This document shows positions 18,151 through 27,493 of a DNA stretch of 64,000 nt, in pieces. Origin of the DNA: a virus (Duplodnaviria > Caudoviricetes). Under the pieces are notes generated by a model. It did no database searches. It was not told the DNA's origin and saw only the letters and a program-made list of their open reading frames with translations. The position numbers were made by a program, and so were the translations under genes. The DNA is taken from the IMG/VR virus record IMGVR_UViG_3300028197_000002. One strand, written 5' to 3'. How positions within the stretch are numbered: position 1 is the stretch's first letter; every line of letters begins with the position of its first letter.

Positions 18151-18840
18151 TTATATGTATTTTGAACTTCTGGAAATTTTACATGTATCATCAAACATAA
18201 TTAAACTGTCTATTGCTGAGATTAAGGCATCAGAAGTTAGGTTTAACATTTGTTTGTCTGATCTTAATTCGTGAACTATTTCTAATTGCAAAGAATTTAC
18301 GAATTGGTTTGGATACCACTTTTTGAAAAGTTGATTTAAATTATTTTTTGCCCTTCCTGCATATCTTTTTTTACCTTCATAAACACCAAATCCTTCATCT
18401 TCTAAAAAACTTACAAAGGCACTTTTTATTTTTGGAGAGCAAGTGTGGGAATATGAACTTGGGCCATGTCCGTACCCAACAATTATGTCAAGTTCTGGAT
18501 CATCTACATATTTTCTTACGCTGTCTCCACATCCATGAATATTTATTATAAAAACTCTTTCATCTAATGTTCTTTGTATTCTTGCAACATTTCTCAATAT
18601 TGGCTCTAAAAATTCTTCTCTTACAACGTCTTCTTGAATGTGAGATATGTTATTGCAGTCTGCCCTGTCATTTAGATGATCGACAGAATATCCTTTTTTC
18701 CACCCTCTATTAATAACAGAAAAAAGATTCATTTCTGATGCAACTAACTCTACAAGATAATCTGTATTTAAGTCATCTGGCCCATGTGGTGCAACTAATA
18801 CTACTGGCAAATCGCCTTTTGATACGCTAACTCTTTCCAT
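18151..18840 (-). CDS. N-formylglutamate amidohydrolase-like zinc hydrolase
   Basis: VVLVAPHG, D..TD, INIHG, DI.VG.G, SLQLEI. Confidence 0.55.
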   Translation of the reverse strand: MERVSVSKGDLPVVLVAPHGPDDLNTDYLVELVASEMNLFSVINRGWKKGYSVDHLNDRADCNNISHIQEDVVREEFLEPILRNVARIQRTLDERVFIINIHGCGDSVRKYVDDPELDIIVGYGHGPSSYSHTCSPKIKSAFVSFLEDEGFGVYEGKKRYAGRAKNNLNQLFKKWYPNQFVNSLQLEIVHELRSDKQMLNLTSDALISAIDSLIMFDDTCKISRSSKYI

Positions 18841-18889
18841 TTTGACCTTTAAAATTAATATTATTTGTATCGAACATAAAAAAATAAAG

Positions 18890-18901
18890 TAGTTTACGGT
18901 A
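18890..18901 (+). promoter_or_regulatory. phage promoter motif (TAGTTTACGGTA)
   Basis: Family member, A-tract upstream, precedes sigma-like gene. Confidence 0.8.
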
Positions 18902-18913
18902 CTAATTCGCAGA

Positions 18914-19930
18914 ATGATTATTTCTTTCGAAAGGAAACCTATGAATAATTTAGTTATTTCCCATAATAAATTATCAAAATCTGATGTTTTTGAAATCTCT
19001 CAAGAATTATCTGCTGTAAATTTAATTCTTAAAAAATATCATCAGAAGATGGCGACCAGAAAAGGCAGAAAAGGTTATCGAGACAGTGAGGGGAATAGTT
19101 TTACCGTTATTGATCTATTAAACTTAATTTATAAAAATAGAAAAGAAGATTGTATTAAAGTAAAAGGAATTTTAATTGATTGTGAAGATGTAGAGAAACT
19201 ATGCAATATTAAAGAAAAAGAATATTTACTTTTAAGCAACTATTCTCGTATGTTTTACGCTTTGTCTAAAAAACATTTTCTTTCTACTTCCATGTATGAC
19301 ATGGAAGATTTACAGAACGAATGTATAACTGCTTGTTTAAAGGCAATGTATGGATATGATGCTGAAACAGCAGGCAGGCAGCAAGTCGCTTCTCTTTTCA
19401 CATTTCTCTATAGGTCTGTGAATAATCATTTAATTAAGCTGAGTCGGACTATGCTTTCATCTCTAGACCGCAAAGCAGTAAAAATCAAATGTAAATTTAT
19501 GGACTTGAAAAATGAAAATCCCAATCTTACTTTTGATGATTTGGTTTCTAAATTAAGTTTATCTCCAAAAGAATTGAAAATATTAACCTGTGCTTTATCT
19601 TCAACCGTTTATCGAGAATCAGATTGCAATGGGGAAGATAAATCCTTGATTATTAATCAAGTTGTTGCAGAAAAAGAAAAAGAGTTGGAATTAGTAGAAT
19701 CTACTGTTATGAAAAACATGGGAGAAATTATTTTTACTTTATCTGAATTGGAGAAAGAAGTTTTACGGGGGTATTTGAATGAGAAATACCCTAGTGGAAA
19801 AAAGTCAAATCGAGGAATTGGCAAATTTGCAAAAAATTTAATTAATCCAAAAACTAAAAAACCATACAGTAGAATGGCTATAAGTTATGCTTGGAAGCGG
19901 GTTCAGGAAAAAATTAAAAAGGCTGCGTAA
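18914..19930 (+). CDS. divergent sigma-70-like factor
   Basis: Region-2-like EDLQNECITACLKAMYGYD...LFTFLYRSVNNHL; region-4-like LSELEKEVL...SRMAISYAWKRVQEKI; ends KAA. Confidence 0.7.
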   Translation: MIISFERKPMNNLVISHNKLSKSDVFEISQELSAVNLILKKYHQKMATRKGRKGYRDSEGNSFTVIDLLNLIYKNRKEDCIKVKGILIDCEDVEKLCNIKEKEYLLLSNYSRMFYALSKKHFLSTSMYDMEDLQNECITACLKAMYGYDAETAGRQQVASLFTFLYRSVNNHLIKLSRTMLSSLDRKAVKIKCKFMDLKNENPNLTFDDLVSKLSLSPKELKILTCALSSTVYRESDCNGEDKSLIINQVVAEKEKELELVESTVMKNMGEIIFTLSELEKEVLRGYLNEKYPSGKKSNRGIGKFAKNLINPKTKKPYSRMAISYAWKRVQEKIKKAA

Positions 19931-19943
19931 AAAAAAATAAAAG

Positions 19944-19955
19944 TAGTTTGCGGTA
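19944..19955 (+). promoter_or_regulatory. phage promoter motif (TAGTTTGCGGTA)
   Basis: Family member. Confidence 0.8.
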
Positions 19956-19980
19956 TTTTTACCCTGAAGGAGAAAAACTA

Positions 19981-21120
19981 ATGCTTGAAAATTCATCCCA
20001 AGTCCAAAATGAGTTACTATTTAGAAAATTGACTGTTGAAGAAAGAAAATGGAAAATCTCCAGAAAGAATCCCGAATGCCCATTAAATAAATTCATTGGC
20101 AATCCCAAGGCTATCAGAAGGCTCGCTAGGGCTGCTTTTTCTGCTATGGGCAATAGGAATAGAGATTGTTCTGATTACTCTCTAGCTGTTTGTGGGCCTC
20201 CATCAACGGGTAAGACTTATTTGACGAAATTATTTGCTAAAACTATAGGTTTGCCATTAGTTGTAATCGAGCCTCAAACAGTAAAAAGAGTACAAAATAT
20301 TTTTGATGAAATTGCTTTGACTTGTCGTGAATTTTCTTGTGATGACATAGTTCAAGCTGGAGAATTGACGCTTAAGGCGGATGATAAAGGAAAGTTCTCG
20401 TTACCTCCAGTAATTGTTTTTATAGATGAAGTTCATAATCTTAAGTCAAATGTGGTTCAAGGTCTTTTGAAAGCAACAGAACCTAATGATAGGATTATGA
20501 TTACGGAAGAAGGTCAGCAAATTGCTACAAATAAAGTTTGTTGGATGATTGCTACAACAGATCGTGGAGATTTGTTTGATGCTTTCGACACTAGGTTTCA
20601 AAAAGTTAATCTTAGACTATATTCTAAAGACGAAATGGCTAAGATTGTCCAAATGAATAATTCTGATTGGGATATGGATGTTTGTAGGTTAGTTGCGACA
20701 TATAACCCTATTGTCCCAAGAGAAGCGATTGCTTTTGCTAAAGACATGCGCGTTGAACATGAAATGAATCCATCTGAGTGGCTGAATGTTGCCAAAAGAA
20801 CAGCGGAGGATCATGGAATAGATGAATTTGGAATGACCTATGCCAGATTGAATGTTCTTAAAGCATTAGGGCGATCAACGATGTCAGCATCACAGATGCC
20901 ATTTGTTGTTCATGTTAAAGAAGATGAATTGAAAAAGTATATTATGCCTCCTCTACTTGCAAGGACTCCTGACCAACAAGTTCCTTTTGTAACTGTTTGT
21001 AGCAGAGGATATTCTATAACAAAGGCTGGACTTGCAGAGTTAGACAAGAGAGGGATTTCTCATAGGGGACTTAAAGCAATGCCGGAGTCGGTCGCAGAAA
21101 TGTTTACGGATGCTGCATAA
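19981..21120 (+). CDS. RuvB-like AAA+ ATPase
   Basis: FIGN, GPPSTGKT, FIDEVH, ATT..G.L.DAF.TRF, LRLYS..E...IV, PREA, GIDE.G. Confidence 0.8.
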   Translation: MLENSSQVQNELLFRKLTVEERKWKISRKNPECPLNKFIGNPKAIRRLARAAFSAMGNRNRDCSDYSLAVCGPPSTGKTYLTKLFAKTIGLPLVVIEPQTVKRVQNIFDEIALTCREFSCDDIVQAGELTLKADDKGKFSLPPVIVFIDEVHNLKSNVVQGLLKATEPNDRIMITEEGQQIATNKVCWMIATTDRGDLFDAFDTRFQKVNLRLYSKDEMAKIVQMNNSDWDMDVCRLVATYNPIVPREAIAFAKDMRVEHEMNPSEWLNVAKRTAEDHGIDEFGMTYARLNVLKALGRSTMSASQMPFVVHVKEDELKKYIMPPLLARTPDQQVPFVTVCSRGYSITKAGLAELDKRGISHRGLKAMPESVAEMFTDAA

Positions 21121-21131
21121 AAAAACAATAT

Positions 21132-21143
21132 TAGTTTGTGGTA
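21132..21143 (+). promoter_or_regulatory. phage promoter motif (TAGTTTGTGGTA)
   Basis: Family member. Confidence 0.75.
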
Positions 21144-21181
21144 ACTGAAGAAAGAAACACTTACTTAAAAAGGAGATTATT

Positions 21182-21346
21182 ATGCCCAATTGGTTGAAAG
21201 CTACGCTTGCATGTGGATTGGTTTGCTTGTTCATTCCACCTTTAATTGGTCTTTTTCTTGGCGGTGGTATTGTATTCATCGCATTTATAGTAGTGTGTCA
21301 TTTGGCGAGTGCAGCGGGAATACCCACTAAGTTTCTTGATGATTAA
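21182..21346 (+). CDS. small membrane protein (54 aa, not in ORF track)
   Basis: AAGGAG RBS; MPNWLKATLACGLVCLFIPPLIGLFLGGGIVFIAFIVVCHLASAAGIPTKFLDD. Confidence 0.7.
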   Translation: MPNWLKATLACGLVCLFIPPLIGLFLGGGIVFIAFIVVCHLASAAGIPTKFLDD

Positions 21347-21357
21347 GGATTGTAAGG

Positions 21358-21555
21358 ATGCAAGAAAAATATAAAGAAGCATTTAATATTTTAGAAGATT
21401 TAAAATTAATTCCAGAAGTAAATGATGAAGATTTAAATAAAATAAGTCATGTTCTTCGCTTCCAAAGAGAACTTATGTCTGTCTATTCAAGTGCTGTTAA
21501 TACTTTAGTTTCTGAAAAAATTAAACTTCAAGAGGAATTAGATGCAAATAATTAA
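21358..21555 (+). CDS. hypothetical protein
   Basis: ORF track, AAGG RBS. Confidence 0.6.
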   Translation: MQEKYKEAFNILEDLKLIPEVNDEDLNKISHVLRFQRELMSVYSSAVNTLVSEKIKLQEELDANN

Positions 21556-21781
21556 AACAAAATCACTTGTTGATTACATGAAAAAAAGATCAACCCTAGA
21601 GGGTAGAAATTGGAACATTCCTGATTCTTATCTGGAAGAAATGTTTGTTCAAAAAGGGACTAGAATTTTTTTTGGTGTGGTTTTAGATGATTTAGGAAAT
21701 ATGTTAGAAGATAAAAAGAATAAAGATTTTTTCTTGTGTTGGCAACGAATGGAAGCAGAGCGTACTTTTGATGCAAGGTAA
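21542..21781 (+). CDS. hypothetical protein
   Basis: ORF track, overlapping operon. Confidence 0.55.
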   Translation: MQIIKTKSLVDYMKKRSTLEGRNWNIPDSYLEEMFVQKGTRIFFGVVLDDLGNMLEDKKNKDFFLCWQRMEAERTFDAR

Positions 21782-21965
21782 AAAAGTATATTTTAATACG
21801 AAGTCTCAATATGGAGTGGAAACCGTAGATGAATTAAGCAAGAAAGATTTTATTGATTTCGCAGCGTTTAATGCCGAAGTCAAAAGATTGTCTAAAGAAT
21901 ATACTCTTGCTGGTATGTCGGTTTATGTTAGTCAAAGATCATGTAAAGAATGGGGTCGGCAATGA
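21768..21965 (+). CDS. hypothetical protein
   Basis: ORF track, overlapping operon. Confidence 0.6.
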   Translation: MMQGKKVYFNTKSQYGVETVDELSKKDFIDFAAFNAEVKRLSKEYTLAGMSVYVSQRSCKEWGRQ

Positions 21966-23245
21966 GTTTTAAAGAATTAGAGAAATTTGTAGAAAAACTT
22001 AAATCCACAACAAGTACGCTTGATAAAGTAGAAATAATTAAAAATTGCAATTCTGATTTTATAAAAAATATTATTTTATATACATACCATCCTTTCAAGC
22101 AGTATCATGTTACTAGCAAAAATTTAAAGAAACGAAATGATTTGTTGGGTGTGCAAATGTGCCATTCTGATTTTTTTTCTTTACTAGATGGTCTTTCAAG
22201 TAGAGAAATTACTGGTCACGATGCAATTAAATCTGTAAATGCTTTTGTTTCAAACAATTCTGAGTATGAAGAACTTATTCATTGCGTAATTGATAAAGAT
22301 TTAAAAACTAGAACTGCTGCGAAGTTGATTAACAAGGCTTTGCCTAATTTCATTCCTGAATTTAGTGTTGCTCTTGCTGATGTCTATGCACCTAAATTAG
22401 TAAGCTGGAAAGATGAATGGTATGTCTCTAGAAAGCTAGATGGAGTTAGGTGTATCGCTGTTATAGACGATTTAGGAAACCCTACGCTCTATTCCAGAAC
22501 AGGAAAAGAATTTCATACCCTTGATGTTGTTGCTTCTGATGTTCGCAAACTAAAACTTAGAAATCAAGTTTTAGATGGAGAACTATGTCTGGTGGATGAA
22601 GATGGGAATGAAGACTTTCAAGGAATAATGAAACAGTTAAAGAAAAAAGATCATACGATTGCCAATCCATCCTATAAGGTATTTGATTTTTTAAATTTAG
22701 ATGAATTTAATTCAAAGGTTGGAGAGAGAAATCTTTCTCAAAGATTGAAATGTTTGTCAGAGACATTCCCAGAGGATTCAAATTCAACATTGTCTGTCTT
22801 GGAGCAAGAGATTGTTCAAGATGATGGTCATTTTGAAAATTGGATTTCAAAATCAAAGGAAAATGGTTGGGAAGGTTGTATGCTTAGAAAAAATACGGCA
22901 TACAAAGGAAAACGAAGCAAGGATTTGCTCAAATGCAAGTCGTTTTATGATAACGAATATGAAGTTCTGTCAACAGAGACAGGCCAATTTAGATATGTAA
23001 AAGATGGTTCTGAAACTGAAGAAGAAATGCTTTCTGCTGTCATTATTAAGCATAAAGGCCATGAAGTTCGTGTAGGGAGTGGTTGGAGTGTTGAGCAAAG
23101 ACAAGAGTATTTTAAGAACCCAGAAGGAATTATTGGAAAATTAATCTGTGTTCAATACTTTGAAGAAACTAAAAATCAATCTGGCGGGATTAGTTTGAGA
23201 TTTCCTACTATTAAGCATGTTTACGGAAATTCAAGAGATTTATAA
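21950..23245 (+). CDS. lig: ATP-dependent DNA ligase
   Basis: SRKLDGVR (motif I), LDGEL, VFD, EGCMLRK, LLKCK, OB-fold VRVGSG and SLRFPT. Confidence 0.95.
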   Translation: MGSAMSFKELEKFVEKLKSTTSTLDKVEIIKNCNSDFIKNIILYTYHPFKQYHVTSKNLKKRNDLLGVQMCHSDFFSLLDGLSSREITGHDAIKSVNAFVSNNSEYEELIHCVIDKDLKTRTAAKLINKALPNFIPEFSVALADVYAPKLVSWKDEWYVSRKLDGVRCIAVIDDLGNPTLYSRTGKEFHTLDVVASDVRKLKLRNQVLDGELCLVDEDGNEDFQGIMKQLKKKDHTIANPSYKVFDFLNLDEFNSKVGERNLSQRLKCLSETFPEDSNSTLSVLEQEIVQDDGHFENWISKSKENGWEGCMLRKNTAYKGKRSKDLLKCKSFYDNEYEVLSTETGQFRYVKDGSETEEEMLSAVIIKHKGHEVRVGSGWSVEQRQEYFKNPEGIIGKLICVQYFEETKNQSGGISLRFPTIKHVYGNSRDL

Positions 23246-23289
23246 TAAAAATAGCAAAAAGATGCTCTTTTCTCATCTACATAACTTAC

Positions 23290-23697
23290 ATGAAGATGCC
23301 AGAGGTGTTATTATCTAATCTTAGGGATATGGTTTTTGAAAGAAATATAGAAAAAGTAAAATCTATATTAGAACTTTCCCCTGACGAAAAATTAATTCCA
23401 GAGGAATTTGTTACTTTGGATGAAGTTAATTTAATTGTTTTGGAAAGTTTGGAAGAAGAAGATGTCAAACATATTGAAGAAAGTGAAAATATTTTATATT
23501 CAATATCTCTTTCTGCAAGCACTTTAAAAAGCATTTTTTACAAGATTAAAACTAGAATTTTCACTAATTATATGTCAAAATTAGTTTCACGGGGCTTTTT
23601 TGAATGTGCTTTTTCAGAAGAAGATAATGATTTCATTTTTTCTGTATCTGAAAAAGGCAAGAAACACGGAATTGAAAAAATTCCTGAATGGTTATAA
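23290..23697 (+). CDS. hypothetical protein
   Basis: ORF track. Confidence 0.6.
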   Translation: MKMPEVLLSNLRDMVFERNIEKVKSILELSPDEKLIPEEFVTLDEVNLIVLESLEEEDVKHIEESENILYSISLSASTLKSIFYKIKTRIFTNYMSKLVSRGFFECAFSEEDNDFIFSVSEKGKKHGIEKIPEWL

Positions 23698-23707
23698 AGG
23701 ATTCTAA

Positions 23708-23902
23708 ATGCAAAACGAAACTCATTCTGAGTATTGTTCTCTTTCAAATTTTGATTGGCAAAGATTTAATAAAAAAGTCGAAAATTTGTTGAGTAAAATA
23801 AAATCAAAAAAAGAAGCAGAGAATACTATTTTAATTTTGAATTTAATTAAAACAAAAGACGCTCAACTAATTAATTTGGAGAGCGAAAATGAAGAATGTT
23901 AG
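23708..23902 (+). CDS. hypothetical protein
   Basis: ORF track. Confidence 0.5.
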   Translation: MQNETHSEYCSLSNFDWQRFNKKVENLLSKIKSKKEAENTILILNLIKTKDAQLINLESENEEC

Positions 23903-24078
23903 CAACTTTACTTACAGCCATTATTATACTAGGATTATATTATTTATTTTGGGGCGACTCAAATGATGATAATAATAATAATGATGATGATAATGAACTG
24001 AAAGAAATAGACGATGACGTAATCGCCTATGCAATAGTTAATGATATGTTTGATAATGATGGAGTTGAAATTGATTAA
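23896..24078 (+). CDS. small membrane protein with acidic tail
   Basis: N-terminal hydrophobic helix followed by N/D-rich run. Confidence 0.55.
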   Translation: MLATLLTAIIILGLYYLFWGDSNDDNNNNDDDNELKEIDDDVIAYAIVNDMFDNDGVEID

Positions 24079-24433
24079 AAAAGTTTTTCTCGTATTGGGA
24101 TTGTTTGTTTGTGGCTGTAGTTCTATTTCTTTTAGAGCAAATGCGGATGAGTTTTTCATTCAGCCTCATATAGCACCTGCGGTTAAAGTAGAACAGTATC
24201 CGAGTTATTGGTATCAGGAATATCCAAGATACTTTGTTCCTCCAAGAGTTTATCCAACAAATCCTTATCACCTTCCTCCAACTTATATCATCCCTTCTTC
24301 TCCAACTCCTTATTACTATCTCCCAGCCCCAATATATCCATCTTATCCATCTTATGTAAATGTTCCTGTTTTAGTTGAAAGAGGATTTTTTTGCAAAAGA
24401 TATCATTGGACATATCAGCGACGATATTGGTGA
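24071..24433 (+). CDS. Pro/Tyr-rich putative lipoprotein
   Basis: KKVFLVLGLFVCGC lipobox-like signal; PxY-rich body. Confidence 0.55.
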   Translation: MIKKVFLVLGLFVCGCSSISFRANADEFFIQPHIAPAVKVEQYPSYWYQEYPRYFVPPRVYPTNPYHLPPTYIIPSSPTPYYYLPAPIYPSYPSYVNVPVLVERGFFCKRYHWTYQRRYW

Positions 24434-24675
24434 TTTTCCAGATAAGATGATGGAGATGTCAAATCAAAATTCTTTATGGACTCTCGGAGTTCAGACTTTT
24501 TAAATTTTTTAACTAAGATGACAAATAATTTTTCTCCTGCATCTTTAAATAAGCAGGGGATTATGCCGTTGATAATTAATTGAAAGCCATGTTTTAATAT
24601 TATAAATCCATATTTGGACGCAAATAAGAAATGAGCTAGATATTCCATTTCTTTTTCTTTTGAATGTTTGCTCAT
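24415..24675 (-). CDS. hypothetical protein
   Basis: ORF track; stop-start coupled with 24675..24896. Confidence 0.55.
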   Translation of the reverse strand: MSKHSKEKEMEYLAHFLFASKYGFIILKHGFQLIINGIIPCLFKDAGEKLFVILVKKFKKSELRESIKNFDLTSPSSYLENHQYRR

Positions 24676-24896
24676 TATTCTTTTGTTTTATCGAAATTTT
24701 TGTATTTAAATTTCTTTACATCAATATTTTTTTCGTCTGCTTTTGGCCCAAGTTTTTGTATTGCATCTGCCGCGATTGAAGTGAAATAAAGAGCCGGATT
24801 TTCGCCTCTAATGTATCCGTCAGGATACGCCCAATGAGCAAGCCCTGTTCGACTTTGCTTTTCGTTCAATAATACAAATTCTTTAAAACTAATCAT
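24675..24896 (-). CDS. putative internal head protein (capsid-targeting-like N-terminus)
   Basis: N-term MISFKEFVLLNE; CTAAATA 9 nt upstream on minus strand. Confidence 0.6.
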   Translation of the reverse strand: MISFKEFVLLNEKQSRTGLAHWAYPDGYIRGENPALYFTSIAADAIQKLGPKADEKNIDVKKFKYKNFDKTKE

Positions 24897-24948
24897 AATA
24901 AATAATATTTAGTTGCTGGGAAGCCAAAATGTGAAAAATATTTGAGAT

Positions 24949-24960
24949 TAGTTTGCGGTA
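24949..24960 (+). promoter_or_regulatory. phage promoter motif (TAGTTTGCGGTA)
   Basis: Family member. Confidence 0.8.
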
Positions 24961-24992
24961 TAAGCATACACATTTATAGAGGATGAGCTTAT

Positions 24993-25346
24993 ATGATAGA
25001 CGAACCGGAAGAATATTGTTTTGATAGTCTTTCTTCAACTTTGAATATTTTAAATTCAAAGAATTTAGTTGAAATAGCCAAAGAAAAAGGCAGATTGTCT
25101 CAAGAACAAGAAAAAAGATTATTAAATTATGCAATTAAATCAGATAAATGCTCTGTTTTGATTGAATATGCCTACGCAATGCACTCAAAACTACCAGAAG
25201 AAATGCACAATTTTGTTGTTATGAACTCTGGGAGAGTTTCATTAAGTTACTTTAAATTACTGAATACTTTGAAGTCTAGCCTTAAAAGTATGGCATCAGT
25301 TGTTGGTGATAATTCAACTTTGAAACAAGTTATTGAAGAAATGTAA
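24993..25346 (+). CDS. LPxxxHN-family protein
   Basis: EYAYAMHSKLPEEMHNFVVM plus D.STLKQVI tail. Confidence 0.65.
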   Translation: MIDEPEEYCFDSLSSTLNILNSKNLVEIAKEKGRLSQEQEKRLLNYAIKSDKCSVLIEYAYAMHSKLPEEMHNFVVMNSGRVSLSYFKLLNTLKSSLKSMASVVGDNSTLKQVIEEM

Positions 25347-26109
25347 AATGAATAAATCTGTTAAGAGTAGAATTATAGAACAATTTCAAAATGTGATTCT
25401 GTCAGAATCAAAAGTTACATTTTACAAAGACTATGACCGAAACAATGTTTTTATTGAAAAAGGTTCTACTGGTTACATAAAGAATTTCAAAGAACTTTGT
25501 GGAACTATAAGTCTTTTGAAATTTGAATTTTTTGAAACAAACGATGGCAGAGAATTTCCATATCGTGAAGTTAAACTTTTTCTTTTTGAAGCAGAAAAAC
25601 TTTTATGTGATTCCAGTTTGTTTCCATTTTTTTTCATACAAGGCAGTCAATTAGAAAACGGCATTCGAATTTCTAACTATGAATATTTAGAATACGTTTT
25701 TAATCATTCTTCCCATAGAGGAATATCAGATAGTAAAAAATTTGCTATGATCGCTGTAAAACATAAAACAAGACTTCCCAAAAAGATTGAGGAAGTAATT
25801 CTTGGCAACTATAAATTATCTAATCATTACTCAAGTGCTTTTGACATTAACTTGACTGAATTTCAACAAAAAGAATTTTTAAAAGATAAAACAGGAAGTT
25901 TTGCTGCAAAATATTCGATGGACTTGATAGATCGTCGAATAGAGGTTCCTGATTTCTTGCATAATTACTTGCTTTCTTTGAAGGCATTTGGGAATTTGTC
26001 TTCAATTGTAGAAATAAAGGGAAATGGCGAATTTGTTCCATCTTTAAATTATTTTGTTGAAATGTATATTAAAAAATCTGAAAATGAACATAAAAAAAAT
26101 TCAGAGTAG
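25333..26109 (+). CDS. LPxxxHN-family protein
   Basis: RIEVPDFLHNYLL; stop codon is the TAG of the next promoter motif. Confidence 0.65.
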   Translation: MKKCKMNKSVKSRIIEQFQNVILSESKVTFYKDYDRNNVFIEKGSTGYIKNFKELCGTISLLKFEFFETNDGREFPYREVKLFLFEAEKLLCDSSLFPFFFIQGSQLENGIRISNYEYLEYVFNHSSHRGISDSKKFAMIAVKHKTRLPKKIEEVILGNYKLSNHYSSAFDINLTEFQQKEFLKDKTGSFAAKYSMDLIDRRIEVPDFLHNYLLSLKAFGNLSSIVEIKGNGEFVPSLNYFVEMYIKKSENEHKKNSE

Positions 26110-26118
26110 TTTGCGGTA
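26107..26118 (+). promoter_or_regulatory. phage promoter motif (TAGTTTGCGGTA)
   Basis: Family member. Confidence 0.8.
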
Positions 26119-26132
26119 GAGTTATAGAATGA

Positions 26133-26348
26133 ATGATACTTGTAACTAAGGAGAATCAAATGAGAATACCTGAACCCGGACATGACAAAGGTTGGGGCGT
26201 GACTTTCGTAGCGTCACTAGCTTGGGCTTTTATTGGTATAGTTGCTCTTATGCTTTTGGGATTAAGTGTTCCAATTCTTATTCCAATCGCAATTTTTGGA
26301 CTTGGTACTTATACTTACGGACTGTTTTGTAAAAACATTGATGACTGA
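26133..26348 (+). CDS. small membrane protein
   Basis: Two hydrophobic helices; probable ATG 26160 after AAGGAG. Confidence 0.65.
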   Translation: MILVTKENQMRIPEPGHDKGWGVTFVASLAWAFIGIVALMLLGLSVPILIPIAIFGLGTYTYGLFCKNIDD

Positions 26349-26398
26349 AATCATTTGTTGGGTGCAAGAATTGCAGAAAGAATGGAAAGGTTGATAAT

Positions 26399-27493
26399 AT
26401 GTCTGTTGTAGAATCTAAAGTTGTTGAGTCTATTAGTCTTTATTTCAATGCTGGTAGTAGCGATAAAGTTTACAATGCTTCTATTGAAGAATTTGATGGC
26501 AAGTATGTCGTCAACTTTGAATACGGACGCAGAGGTAGTGCTTTGAAATCAGGAAGTAAGACTTCTAGCCCTGTTTTGTTACAGGATGCTAAGATTGCTT
26601 ATGAAAAATTGATTAAAGAAAAGACTAAAAAAGGTTATCAAAAATTAGAAGGTGCGTATGATAAGCAGATTCTAGTTTCTGATTTGCCTGAAACTCAAGT
26701 TGTTGATTCTAAATGCGTATTGTTAAACCCAATTACAGGAGATGAAGTTAATGTTTATTGTGACAATCCTGATTGGATTGTTCAAGAAAAAATGGATGGA
26801 GTTAGATTTATGCTCCATAGGCAAGGTGGAAAGGTAACGTCTTATAATAGACGAGGGGTTTACGCTAACATTCCGGTAGACATTTACAATTTGACAAAAG
26901 ACTTGAAAGAAGATTTTTTCATTGATGGAGAACTTGTTGGAGAAGTCATGTATGTTTTTGACATGCTAGAATATAAAGGTAAAGACTATAGGGAAAGTTC
27001 GTTTTCCGAAAGGTTTAAGCAACTAAGAAGTTTTGTGAAAAGTTTGCCTAATCAAGATTGTATTGTTTTGACCAAGACCGCAAATAAAAACAAAATTAAA
27101 TTTGTAAATGAACTTGAGGAAAACAATAAAGAAGGAGCCGTATTCAAGAATAAAAACGCATCTTATTATGTAGGACGACCTGCTAGTGGAGGTGATTACG
27201 TCAAATTTAAGTTTTACAGCACTTGTAGTTGCGTTGTAAAAGAACTCAATGGAACTAAAAGAAGTGTTTTTCTTGAATTATTCAAAAACAAGAAAGCTGT
27301 AAAAGCAGGAAAGGTTACTATCCCTGCAAACTTTGATATTCCAGAAGTAGGACAAGTAGTAGAAGTTCGATACTTATATGCTTATAAGCAGTCAGGTGCA
27401 TTGTATCAGCCTGTTTACTTGGGCGTGAGAGATGATATTGTTCCAAGTGAATGCCAGCAGGCTCAATTAAAATATAAGTCGGAAGAAGATTAA
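26399..27493 (+). CDS. WGR-domain ATP-dependent ligase
   Basis: N-term SDKVY...V..EYGRRG...A......EK.KKGY (WGR); QEKMDGVR, IDGEL, YVFDML, EGAVFK, VKFK; C-term OB-like fold. Confidence 0.85.
   Translation: MSVVESKVVESISLYFNAGSSDKVYNASIEEFDGKYVVNFEYGRRGSALKSGSKTSSPVLLQDAKIAYEKLIKEKTKKGYQKLEGAYDKQILVSDLPETQVVDSKCVLLNPITGDEVNVYCDNPDWIVQEKMDGVRFMLHRQGGKVTSYNRRGVYANIPVDIYNLTKDLKEDFFIDGELVGEVMYVFDMLEYKGKDYRESSFSERFKQLRSFVKSLPNQDCIVLTKTANKNKIKFVNELEENNKEGAVFKNKNASYYVGRPASGGDYVKFKFYSTCSCVVKELNGTKRSVFLELFKNKKAVKAGKVTIPANFDIPEVGQVVEVRYLYAYKQSGALYQPVYLGVRDDIVPSECQQAQLKYKSEED

Noticed and set aside
21950-23245. Intein/intron or homing endonuclease in ligase, ClpX or helicase
   Set aside because: Protein lengths and motif spacing are canonical; no LAGLIDADG, HNH or GIY-YIG ORF or splice motifs found.
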